From an uncultured Bacteroides sp. (lineage in GTDB: Bacteria > Bacteroidota > Bacteroidia > Bacteroidales > Bacteroidaceae), in the NCBI GenBank assembly GCA_949300425.1, contig CASGED010000007.1:5471-69470 (forward strand): DNA of 64,000 nucleotides, in the 5' to 3' direction. This document shows, one piece after another, positions 56,250 to 64,000 of this stretch. The position numbers were made by a program, and so were the translations under genes. The notes beneath the pieces were generated by a model. The model had not been told where the DNA came from. It worked only from the letters and a program-made list of their open reading frames with translations, and searched no databases. Every line of letters starts with the position of its first letter. The stretch's first letter is position 1.

Positions 56250-58946
56250 TTAGAAGTTGAATTTCAGTCTTACGGAGTACGTGCGTCCCCAACCGTAGAA
56301 TACACGTTCTACGTCTTCCCAAGTGCTTCCGTCCCAAGCATCGGCAATGTATTCTTGGTCGAAGAGGTTGTTGACGTTACCGCTCAGCGTAGCGCGAATC
56401 TTGCCAAAGTCGAACGTATAACCTGCGTTAAGATCGAACAAATGGTAAGAAGGCACTTGCCAAGGCTTGCCTACTACATACTCCTTACCCGCTTGGGCAA
56501 CACCGGTATCGATGTCATAGTCCGCAAACAGACGGGCGGCAAAGTTCCAGTCGAGACCGAGGCGCAAGCCTTTCAACGGGCGCACCGTCACGCCTAATGC
56601 GGCGGTAGTCTGCGCTGAACCTCCCACAGAAACATTATCCATACGAATTTGGTAACGATAGTCAGCGGCTTGGCTCATATCAGTAAGAGGCTCTCCGCCT
56701 GCCTTCTTTACGATATCACCTGCCGAATTGAACATAAAGCCGGTGGCCAATCCGTCCCAACGCCAGTCACCCCACGAGAACATACCGTTGATGCTCAACC
56801 ACCGAGTAGGCTTGGCTTCGAAGTCCAGTTCCACACCCATGTGCTTGGCATTGGCACCGGTCATATTCAGCGTATAACGTTCACCTGTGCGCTGATCGGA
56901 GTCGCCGTCAAAAAGGCTCTTGTCCATCCACTTCGTGTAATAAGCGTTCACGTTAGCCGCAAAATATTGGCTGCGGAAACCGTAACCCAATTCGAACGAC
57001 ATCACCTTTTCGTTCAATGCGTCCGGATTACGTTCGTGCGAAACTCTTGCATCGATAAAGGATGTATCGAACATCGGGGCACGGCTGATAAAGCCTGCGT
57101 TGAAGAACACGTTGTGCTGGTCGGTCAAGTTATAGTTGGCTCCTCCCTTGATGTTACCACCCAAATAATTTTTGGTACTGCTCTTGGCATGGGCTTCATC
57201 GTAATAGAAACGGTCGTAACGCCAATAGCCGGTGTTGGACAAACCTCCTGCAACGAAAACGCTCAGCTTGTCACGGTTGTACTCCAGCTGAGCAAATACA
57301 CCTTCGGACATCACAAAGCCATCATAGTCGCGATAGATAATATCACCTACACCCAGCTTCTGGTTCACGAAGTTCGGGTCTGCAGCCGCAACGTTGTTCT
57401 CAGCATATACTTTGCCACGATTATAAGAGTCTACAAAATATTCACCGCTAAACAAGTCGGTAATCCGGTTTTGGTGCAAACCTTTGTAATAGCGCAAGTC
57501 AATACCACCGTAGAAGTCGAAATACTCACCAAACTTCGTGGTATAGGTAGAAAGCAAACCATACCACATGTGGTTATTGGATTGTTCGCCCATAATCATC
57601 TTCGAACCAGTTGTACTGTTGGCGTTCATCTCATCGATGGCGTCATAGTCGAACGTACCGTCCGGATGACGGAAAGTCCAATTCAACGTACCGTTGGAAG
57701 CGCCATACCACTTATTGCGGTTAGCATCATCACCGGACGTGTAACTTGCGCCACCGCGACCGATAGACATATAGAGAGCCGTACTCAGACTGGACTTATA
57801 ATCAATTTGCCACAAGTGGTTCAACGAAATCTGCGGCTTGTGATACCAATTGAAGTTGGACACATAGGCCTGTCCTTTACGGTAACCGAAGGTCGGATTG
57901 AAACGATACATATTATCTTCACCCACGTATTGCTTCATCTTCTGCCATTCCTTAATGGAGAGGGCATTGTTGTAGTTGCGCTGGTTGTGCGTCTGCGGAG
58001 CACCAAAAGCGGTCAGGCTCAACTGATGGTTATCGTTGATGCGTTTGGCGATGCTGATGAAGTAGTTATAGCCTTCCGACTCCGTACCCTGTATGTAACC
58101 GTCGCGCCAGTCCTTTCCACCCAGCAAAGTGAAGGCCCAACCGTCCTTGGACAAACCGGAGGAGACGCTGAACAATATCTTGTTGAAGCCGTCGTTACCC
58201 ATGGCGTAGGAGATGAATCCGCCCTTCTTGGCGTCGGTGCTCTTCGTGATGATGTTGATAGAACCACCCACCGCCGGAGAGGCCACCTTGGAAGCGCCCA
58301 AACCGCGCTGCACCTGGATGGAGCTGGTCACGTCCGACAGGCCTGCCCAGTTGGACCAATACACCTTCTGGTTTTCCATACCGTTCATGGGCACACCGTT
58401 GATCATCATGGCCACGTTCTCGCTCTCGAAACCGCGCACACGGGTATTGGCGTCACCGAAACCACCGCCGTCTTTCGTCACGTACACACCGGGAGTGGCT
58501 TTCAGGATTTCGGGAAATTCCTGCGTACCCAACTTTTCTTCAATGAATACCGGACTTACCGAAGACACGGCTACCGGCGTCTTGCGCGCGATGGCGATGG
58601 AGGAAGTAATCACGACGTCCTTCAGCAACACCGCGTCCGGCTGCATCTCGATGACGCCCATGTCTACGGAGGCGCCCCTCCGCGGTACATCCTTCGTGAG
58701 GTCCTTGTAGCCCACGTACTTGAAGAGCAACGTGGCGTTCGGAGCAACTCTTTGCTCGAAGTAACCGTCTACGTTAGTCACAGAACCCTGCGTGGTGCCT
58801 TCCACCATGACGGCGGCGCCTACCAGCGGTTCACCTGTCTCAGCGTCTACAAGCTGACCTCTCACCGTGACGTTCTGCGCCAGCGCATACGTGCTGCACA
58901 ACGACAGGACGGCAAGGAACAGGAATTGAATCAGACTTCTTTTCAT
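56250..58946 (-). CDS. TonB-dependent receptor (non-SusC type)
   Basis: Signal peptide, CarboxypepD-like N-terminus (GEPLVGAAV), plug (RVRGF..NVAMMINGVPMN; IQVQRG), NVNNLFD, C-terminal GRTYSVRLKFNF. Confidence 0.92.
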   Translation of the reverse strand: MKRSLIQFLFLAVLSLCSTYALAQNVTVRGQLVDAETGEPLVGAAVMVEGTTQGSVTNVDGYFEQRVAPNATLLFKYVGYKDLTKDVPRRGASVDMGVIEMQPDAVLLKDVVITSSIAIARKTPVAVSSVSPVFIEEKLGTQEFPEILKATPGVYVTKDGGGFGDANTRVRGFESENVAMMINGVPMNGMENQKVYWSNWAGLSDVTSSIQVQRGLGASKVASPAVGGSINIITKSTDAKKGGFISYAMGNDGFNKILFSVSSGLSKDGWAFTLLGGKDWRDGYIQGTESEGYNYFISIAKRINDNHQLSLTAFGAPQTHNQRNYNNALSIKEWQKMKQYVGEDNMYRFNPTFGYRKGQAYVSNFNWYHKPQISLNHLWQIDYKSSLSTALYMSIGRGGASYTSGDDANRNKWYGASNGTLNWTFRHPDGTFDYDAIDEMNANSTTGSKMIMGEQSNNHMWYGLLSTYTTKFGEYFDFYGGIDLRYYKGLHQNRITDLFSGEYFVDSYNRGKVYAENNVAAADPNFVNQKLGVGDIIYRDYDGFVMSEGVFAQLEYNRDKLSVFVAGGLSNTGYWRYDRFYYDEAHAKSSTKNYLGGNIKGGANYNLTDQHNVFFNAGFISRAPMFDTSFIDARVSHERNPDALNEKVMSFELGYGFRSQYFAANVNAYYTKWMDKSLFDGDSDQRTGERYTLNMTGANAKHMGVELDFEAKPTRWLSINGMFSWGDWRWDGLATGFMFNSAGDIVKKAGGEPLTDMSQAADYRYQIRMDNVSVGGSAQTTAALGVTVRPLKGLRLGLDWNFAARLFADYDIDTGVAQAGKEYVVGKPWQVPSYHLFDLNAGYTFDFGKIRATLSGNVNNLFDQEYIADAWDGSTWEDVERVFYGWGRTYSVRLKFNF

Positions 58947-59006
58947 AATTCAGTCATTTAGTTAATAGATAAGTGTTAATTGAACATTAAATTCTGTTTC
59001 GTCCTG

Positions 59007-59014
59007 CAAAGATA
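59007..59014 (-). promoter_or_regulatory. -7 promoter box for TBDR operon
   Basis: TATCTTTG on minus strand about 60 nt upstream of ATG. Confidence 0.6.
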
Positions 59015-59163
59015 ATGAATAAAATCCATATAAATATTACATTTATACGACAATTTTTGGAGGGAAAGGAGAGATTAGTGTTCTTTTTGATAACAATCAT
59101 AAACATCTGTTCAGGGTAAGAAAGCAACGTAAAAGACGGGAAAGGAGCTCCGACGAAATAAGA

Positions 59164-59242
59164 TTTAAAGGGACGTTCCGTCACGTTTAATGGGACGAGG
59201 GATAAGGTTTAATGGGACGAGAGGGGAGATTTAATGGGACGA
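59164..59242. repeat. Four direct repeats at exact 22-bp period
   Basis: tttaa(a/t)gggacg at 59164, 59186, 59208 and 59230. Confidence 0.85.
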
Positions 59243-59343
59243 AAGAGGGGACTAAAAGTAATCTGCACGTACAAAAACAGCCAACCCATACAACTATTCA
59301 TATATAAATATTACCAACACCCGCTGAATAAATCTCTTTTTAG

Positions 59344-59677
59344 GGCTCATTTTTAGGCTCAGGCTCACTATAAGCCTTCCCTACAGGTTGAAATTGGGAC
59401 GCAGAAAACATAACACACTGATTATCAATAGTAAAACATCCAAATAAACCATAAAACGCTCTTTTTCTTATTTCCTTGCAAAAGAAAGGCGATAAAATTC
59501 CGTCCCGAGACCTCGTAAGGAATATTTATCGTATAGGCCGATTTAAGAATGTTGATTATACGAAAATCCGGTCCCATCGTCCCTCTTGATTCAATAAATA
59601 CTTACATTTTCTTCCTTTTCTCCTCTTTTTTGCACTGTAGGGAAGGCTCATAGTGAGCCTGAGCCTAAAAATGAGCC
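59344..59677. mobile_element. 334-bp segment bounded by 43-bp inverted repeats (MITE- or inverton-like)
   Basis: 59344-59386 versus 59635-59677, 42/43 complementary; no long ORF inside. Confidence 0.55.
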
Positions 59678-59836
59678 TTAGAATCGCCTCCGCTCAGAAA
59701 AGCAGAAGCACTAACAAACTGATATTCAACAAGAAAGACGGAATAACTCTATTCCCTACTTGAAGGGCGGCCGTTCCAAGCGTGTACGGGCGAAAGGGCG
59801 TTTTTACCCTCCGCCACACAGTAAAACAAACGGACA

Positions 59837-60955
59837 TCACAAGACTCCTTTGGAGGAAGGAAGCTCATAATGATAAATATCGCGCCTAACGGCCATCTTC
59901 AGGGCTCGCGCCAAGGCTTTGAAGATGCCCTCTATCTTGTGGTGCTCGTTGGCGCCTTCGGCCTTGACGTGAAGGTTCATCCGGGCCGCGTCGCTCAACG
60001 ACTTGAAGAAGTGGAGGAACATCTCGGTGGGCATCTCCCCTATCCGCTCGCGCTTGAAGTCGGCCTGCCACACCAGCCAGGGACGCCCGCCGAAGTCCAG
60101 GCACACCTGGCACAAGCAATCGTCCATGGGCAAGGCGTAACCATAACGTTCAATGCCCCGCTTGTCGCCTAAGGCCCGGTACAGGCATTCGCCCAAAGCC
60201 AAGGCCGTGTCTTCGATGGTGTGGTGCTCGTCCACGTGCAGGTCGCCCTTCACCCGGATGGTCAGGTCCATGCCTCCGTGCTTGCCTATCTGCTCCAGCA
60301 TGTGGTCGAAGAAACCCAGTCCCGTACGGATGTCGCAGCGTCCCGTCCCGTCCAAATCGAGGGAAACATATACATCCGTCTCATGCGTCACCCGGTGCAC
60401 CTCCGCCCGCCGCTCGCCGGCAAAGAGGAAATCGGCCACCCGGTCCCAGTCCGTCGTGGCCAAGGCACACACCGCTTCCAGGCCGGGGCTTAACGCCGAT
60501 TTATCCTCCTGAAGCAGGATGGCTCGGCATCCCAGGTTTTTGGCCAGCTCCACGTCCGTGGGACGGTCGCCTATCACGAAGCTGCCCGCCAGGTCATACT
60601 CCGCATTGTCCAGGTATTTGGCGAGCATCCCCGTCCGGGGCTTGCGCGTGGGGGCGTTGTCTTCGGGGAAACTACGGTCGATGCACACGTCGTCGAACGT
60701 AATGCCTTCGCCCGCCAGGGTCTGCATTACGAGGTTGTGTACGGGCCAGAAAGTGTCCTCGGGGAAGGAACTTGTGCCCAGCCCGTCCTGATTGGTGACC
60801 ATGACGAACTCGAAATCGAGCTTGTTCCGGATAAAGCCCAGGTTGCGCATCACTTTGGGGTAAAACTCCAGCTTAGCGAACGAATCCAGCTGATAATCTA
60901 CGGGCGGTTCGACAACCAATGTCCCGTCCCGGTCTATAAATAATACTTTTTTCAT
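59837..60955 (-). CDS. hisB: Bifunctional histidinol-phosphatase/imidazoleglycerol-phosphate dehydratase
   Basis: HAD FIDRDGT, TNQDGLG, RKP; [30 protein letters not shown]. Confidence 0.96.
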   Translation of the reverse strand: MKKVLFIDRDGTLVVEPPVDYQLDSFAKLEFYPKVMRNLGFIRNKLDFEFVMVTNQDGLGTSSFPEDTFWPVHNLVMQTLAGEGITFDDVCIDRSFPEDNAPTRKPRTGMLAKYLDNAEYDLAGSFVIGDRPTDVELAKNLGCRAILLQEDKSALSPGLEAVCALATTDWDRVADFLFAGERRAEVHRVTHETDVYVSLDLDGTGRCDIRTGLGFFDHMLEQIGKHGGMDLTIRVKGDLHVDEHHTIEDTALALGECLYRALGDKRGIERYGYALPMDDCLCQVCLDFGGRPWLVWQADFKRERIGEMPTEMFLHFFKSLSDAARMNLHVKAEGANEHHKIEGIFKALARALKMAVRRDIYHYELPSSKGVL

Positions 60956-60956
60956 G

Positions 60957-61181
60957 AAATGATAATTTAGCGTTGTGTTTTATGGCACACAGATGACACA
61001 GATTAGACAGATTTACACAGATTTTTATGATGTTATCTGTCATGTCGAGCTTGTCGAGACATCTCACGTAACGCATGAGAAGGTCTTACATGAGACCCTT
61101 CGACTACGCTCAGGGTGACAGATACATCTGTGGTCATCTTTTTTAATCTGTGTCATCTGTGTGCCATCTAAATTCCCATTT
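60957..61181. repeat. Nested MITE/REP-like cassette, copy 1 (hisC-hisB spacer)
   Basis: 14-bp imperfect terminal IR; perfect 24-bp IR (60982-61005/61144-61167); 91-bp core 61034-61124 with tatctgtca/tgacagata ends. Confidence 0.8.
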
Positions 61182-61184
61182 ACC

Positions 61185-62222
61185 TTACTTATATTTCTCC
61201 AACGCCTCCAGCAGTTTTTCATTCTCCAGGCGGGTACCCACCGTGACACGCAGGCAATTTCCGCACAAGGCGACCGAATTCCGGTTGCGCACGATGACAC
61301 CCCGGCTCACTAAGTAATCATAGACGGCGCAGGCGTCGGTGACACGGGCCAGGAAGAAATTGGCGTCGGAAGGGAAAATCCGCTCCACGCAAGGCAAGGC
61401 GCGGAAACGCTCTTCGAGCCACGCGCGTTCCTCCTTCAACGTCTTCACCCAACGGTCTACCTCATAATGACGAAGCACCATCTCGGAGGCCTGTTTCTGG
61501 GTCAGCAGGTTCACGTTGTAGGGATATTTCACCTTGTTGAAGAGGGCGATGATGTCCTCGGAGGCGAAAGCCATGCCCAGGCGGATGGCCGCGCATCCCC
61601 AAGCCTTGGAAAAGGTCTGGAGGACTATCAGGTTGGGGTATTTTGCCAGGTCGGGCAGAAAAGAGCGCGCTTCGGAAAAGTCGATGTACGCCTCGTCCAC
61701 GATGACAATTCCCTCGAAGCCCCGGAGCAGCCGCTCTATCTCCTCCCGACACAGGTTGTTGCCCGTCGGATTATTGGGCGAGCAAAGGAACATCAGTTTG
61801 GTGCGCTCGTCGGACGCGGCCAGCAGGTCTTCGGCCTTAAACTGGAACCGGTCGTCCAGCAAGACTTTGCGATAGGCCACTTCGTTGATGTCCGCGCACA
61901 CCTGGTACATGCCATACGTAGGGTCGATGGCCACCACGTTATCCACGCGGGGCTCGCAAAAGACACGGTATGCGAGGTCGATGGCCTCGTCGCTCCCGTT
62001 GCCTAAAAAGATGTTTCCCACGGGCACGCCTTTGATTTTTCCGATACCTTTCTTCACGTCCCGTTGCAAGGGGTCGGGGTATCGGTTGTTCGGAGTGTTG
62101 TACGGATTCTCGTTGGCGTCGAGAAAGACGGAGGCCGAGCTTCCGCTATATTCATCGCGCGCGGAGGAGTATGGCTTCAGCTTCCATATATTGGGGCGAA
62201 CTAATTCTTGTAAAGGTTTCAT
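61185..62222 (-). CDS. hisC: Histidinol-phosphate aminotransferase
   Basis: [44 protein letters not shown]. Confidence 0.96.
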   Translation of the reverse strand: MKPLQELVRPNIWKLKPYSSARDEYSGSSASVFLDANENPYNTPNNRYPDPLQRDVKKGIGKIKGVPVGNIFLGNGSDEAIDLAYRVFCEPRVDNVVAIDPTYGMYQVCADINEVAYRKVLLDDRFQFKAEDLLAASDERTKLMFLCSPNNPTGNNLCREEIERLLRGFEGIVIVDEAYIDFSEARSFLPDLAKYPNLIVLQTFSKAWGCAAIRLGMAFASEDIIALFNKVKYPYNVNLLTQKQASEMVLRHYEVDRWVKTLKEERAWLEERFRALPCVERIFPSDANFFLARVTDACAVYDYLVSRGVIVRNRNSVALCGNCLRVTVGTRLENEKLLEALEKYK

Positions 62223-62236
62223 AACAACAAATATAT

Positions 62237-62449
62237 TAAATGATAATTTAGCGGGGGGAACCACAGATAACACAGATAGTACGGATTTACACGGATTTTA
62301 AGGTATCTGTCATGTCGAGCTTGTCGAGACATCTCACGTAGTGTATGAGGAGGTCTTACATGAGACCCTTCGACTACGCTCAGGGTGACAGATACATCTG
62401 TGCTCATCCCGTTTAATCCGTGTTCATCAGTGGTTTAAATTCCCATTTA
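62237..62449. repeat. Nested MITE/REP-like cassette, copy 2 (hisD-hisC spacer)
   Basis: Same terminal IR; 91-bp core 62304-62394 is 87/91 identical to copy 1. Confidence 0.8.
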
Positions 62450-63733
62450 CCTCTCCAGCTCCGCCAACCGTACGGTGACGGCATTCTTGTGCCCGTCCAG
62501 GCTCTCGTTGGCGGCCATAAGCTCGATGGCGGGTCCTATCCGCCGAAGGCCTTCGGGCCGTATCTCCTGGAAGGTCATCTTCCGGACGAAGCTGTCCAGG
62601 CACACGCCACTATAGGCCTTGGCATAGCCGTTGGTGGGCAAGGTGTGGTTGGTGCCCGAAGCATAGTCGCCCGCACTCTCAGGGGTAAGCGAGCCTAAGA
62701 ATACGGAGCCGGCATGGGTGACGCGTCCGGCCAGCGCGGCGTAATCCTCAGTCTCGATGATGAGATGCTCGGGAGCGTAGTCGTTGGTCATATCGAGAGC
62801 CTCGTCCATATCGCGCACCACAATCAGCTTGCTGCTCTCCAACGAGCGGGAAGCGATGTCCTTGCGGGGCAATAGCTCCAACTGGCGTTCCACTTCCTTC
62901 TGTACGGCCAGTTGGAGTTCCTTGGATGTGGTCACGAGGATGGCCTGGCTGTCCACCCCGTGCTCGGCCTGGCTCAGGAGGTCGGCAGCCACAAAGACGG
63001 GATTGGCCTTGGCATCGGCCAGCACCTCTACTTCGGAAGGGCCGGCGGGCATGTCGATAGCCACGTCGCGCAAGCTCACGAGTTGCTTGGCCGCAGTGAC
63101 GTATTGGTTTCCGGGCCCGAATATCTTGTACACTTTAGGGACGCTCTCCGTGCCGTAGGCCATGGCGGCTATGGCCTGCACGCCTCCGGCCTTGAACACC
63201 CGGCGCACTCCGGCCACACGGGCGGCCACGAGCACGGCGGGATGCACTTTGCCCGAACGGGCGGGCGGGGTGCAGAGCACAATCTCCCGGCATCCGGCTA
63301 TACGGGCAGGCACGGCCAGCATCAGCACGGTGGAGAAGAGGGGAGCCGTCCCTCCGGGAACGTAGAGGCCTACGCGCTCGATGGGCACCGATTTTTGCCA
63401 GCAGGTAACGCCCGGCTGAGTTTCTACTTCTATCGGCTCGAAACGCTGGGCGGCATGGAAAGCCTCGATATTGCGGGCCGCCAGGCTGATGGCGTCCTTC
63501 AGCTCTTGGCTCACCAAAGTTTCGGCCTCGTCAAACTCCTGCGGAGTGACTTCCAATGTTTCGAGCTGCACTTTGTCAAACTGCTCCTCATATCGGAGCA
63601 CGGCCTTGTCTCCCTCGGCACGCACGGTGCGGATGATGTCGCGCACGGTGTCGAACAGGTGTTCGGTATTCATCACGGGACGTTTCAGAAGCTCCGTCCA
63701 CCTCGATTTTTCAGGGTAATCTACGAGTATCAT
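62447..63733 (-). CDS. hisD: Histidinol dehydrogenase
   Basis: GLYVPGG, GGVQAIAA, FGPGNQYV, IDMPAGPSE, LLSQAEH, GDYASGTNHTLPT. Confidence 0.97.
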   Translation of the reverse strand: MILVDYPEKSRWTELLKRPVMNTEHLFDTVRDIIRTVRAEGDKAVLRYEEQFDKVQLETLEVTPQEFDEAETLVSQELKDAISLAARNIEAFHAAQRFEPIEVETQPGVTCWQKSVPIERVGLYVPGGTAPLFSTVLMLAVPARIAGCREIVLCTPPARSGKVHPAVLVAARVAGVRRVFKAGGVQAIAAMAYGTESVPKVYKIFGPGNQYVTAAKQLVSLRDVAIDMPAGPSEVEVLADAKANPVFVAADLLSQAEHGVDSQAILVTTSKELQLAVQKEVERQLELLPRKDIASRSLESSKLIVVRDMDEALDMTNDYAPEHLIIETEDYAALAGRVTHAGSVFLGSLTPESAGDYASGTNHTLPTNGYAKAYSGVCLDSFVRKMTFQEIRPEGLRRIGPAIELMAANESLDGHKNAVTVRLAELER

Positions 63734-63738
63734 TTTTT

Positions 63739-63835
63739 AATGAAGAATGAAAGAATGAAGAATGAAGAATTTTAAATGAAGAAAATTATTTCACCCGCAT
63801 GGCATTCTTCATTCTTAGTTCTTCATTCTTTATTC
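63739..63835. repeat. Inverted heptamer (aatgaag/cttcatt) repeat tract in hisG-hisD spacer
   Basis: aatgaagaatgaaagaatgaagaatgaagaat ... attcttcattcttagttcttcattcttt. Confidence 0.75.
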
Positions 63836-63840
63836 AAGTG

Positions 63841-64000
63841 TTAGACAATCATTTTCTCAATGGGCAGTACCAGGATGCCTTCGGCGCCCAAAGCCTTGAG
63901 CTTGCCGATGATTTCCCAAAAGCATTTCTCGTCCAGCACCGTGTGTACGGAGCACCAGCCTTCTTGCGCCAAGGGCATCACCGTGGGGCTTTTCATGCCG
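63841..64000 (-). CDS. hisG: ATP phosphoribosyltransferase, C-terminal end (partial)
   Basis: Manual translation GMKSPTVMPLAQEGWCSVH...LKALGAEGILVLPIEKMIV*; position upstream of hisD. Confidence 0.92.
   Translation of the reverse strand, partial: GMKSPTVMPLAQEGWCSVHTVLDEKCFWEIIGKLKALGAEGILVLPIEKMIV

Noticed and set aside
56649-58961. 770-aa plus-strand ORF and other long antisense ORFs (e.g. 13627-14916, 10257-11210, 53847-54902)
   Set aside because: Shadow ORFs opposite well-supported genes with biased codon usage; no recognisable motifs.
59164-59242. CRISPR array
   Set aside because: Repeats of about 12 bp and spacers of about 10 bp are far too short, and no cas genes are present.
59837-60955. 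Fusion of phosphatase and dehydratase in hisB
   Set aside because: A well-known bifunctional HisB arrangement.

Overview
Bacteroidales (Bacteroides/Phocaeicola-like) chromosomal window. Housekeeping flanks (clpC-uxaA-NhaC, rpsP, hemW, lon-tgt-lptF/G on the left; hisGDCB on the right) enclose a ~35-kb, all-minus-strand, visibly more AT-rich accessory block (15.2-50.1 kb) with two operons. The first is a 7-gene CAZyme operon (PL6, two beta-helix GH28-like, GH97, GH31, GH36, six-hairpin GH) with no SusC/SusD. The second is a 12-gene operon upstream of a hybrid two-component regulator and is the best candidate for an undescribed system. It encodes a hydrazine-synthase-like heme-c pair: an HzsA-like dihaem protein fused to NPCBM and FGE-sulfatase-like domains, and a beta-propeller/dihaem CCP-MauG fusion resembling HzsBC. 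It also carries its own CcsBA cytochrome c synthase, a stand-alone DAHP synthase, an FkbO/Hyg5-type chorismatase, and a rare-sugar module (lipoprotein lyxose-isomerase cupin, VOC, DhaK/DhaL, LsrF). Other features: a TonB receptor-lipoprotein-nuclease locus (candidate DNA utilisation), a 43-bp inverted-repeat-bounded segment, intergenic arrays with exact 22-bp periodicity, and nested MITE/REP-like cassettes in the his operon. All assignments come from reading motifs by eye; no database searches were run.
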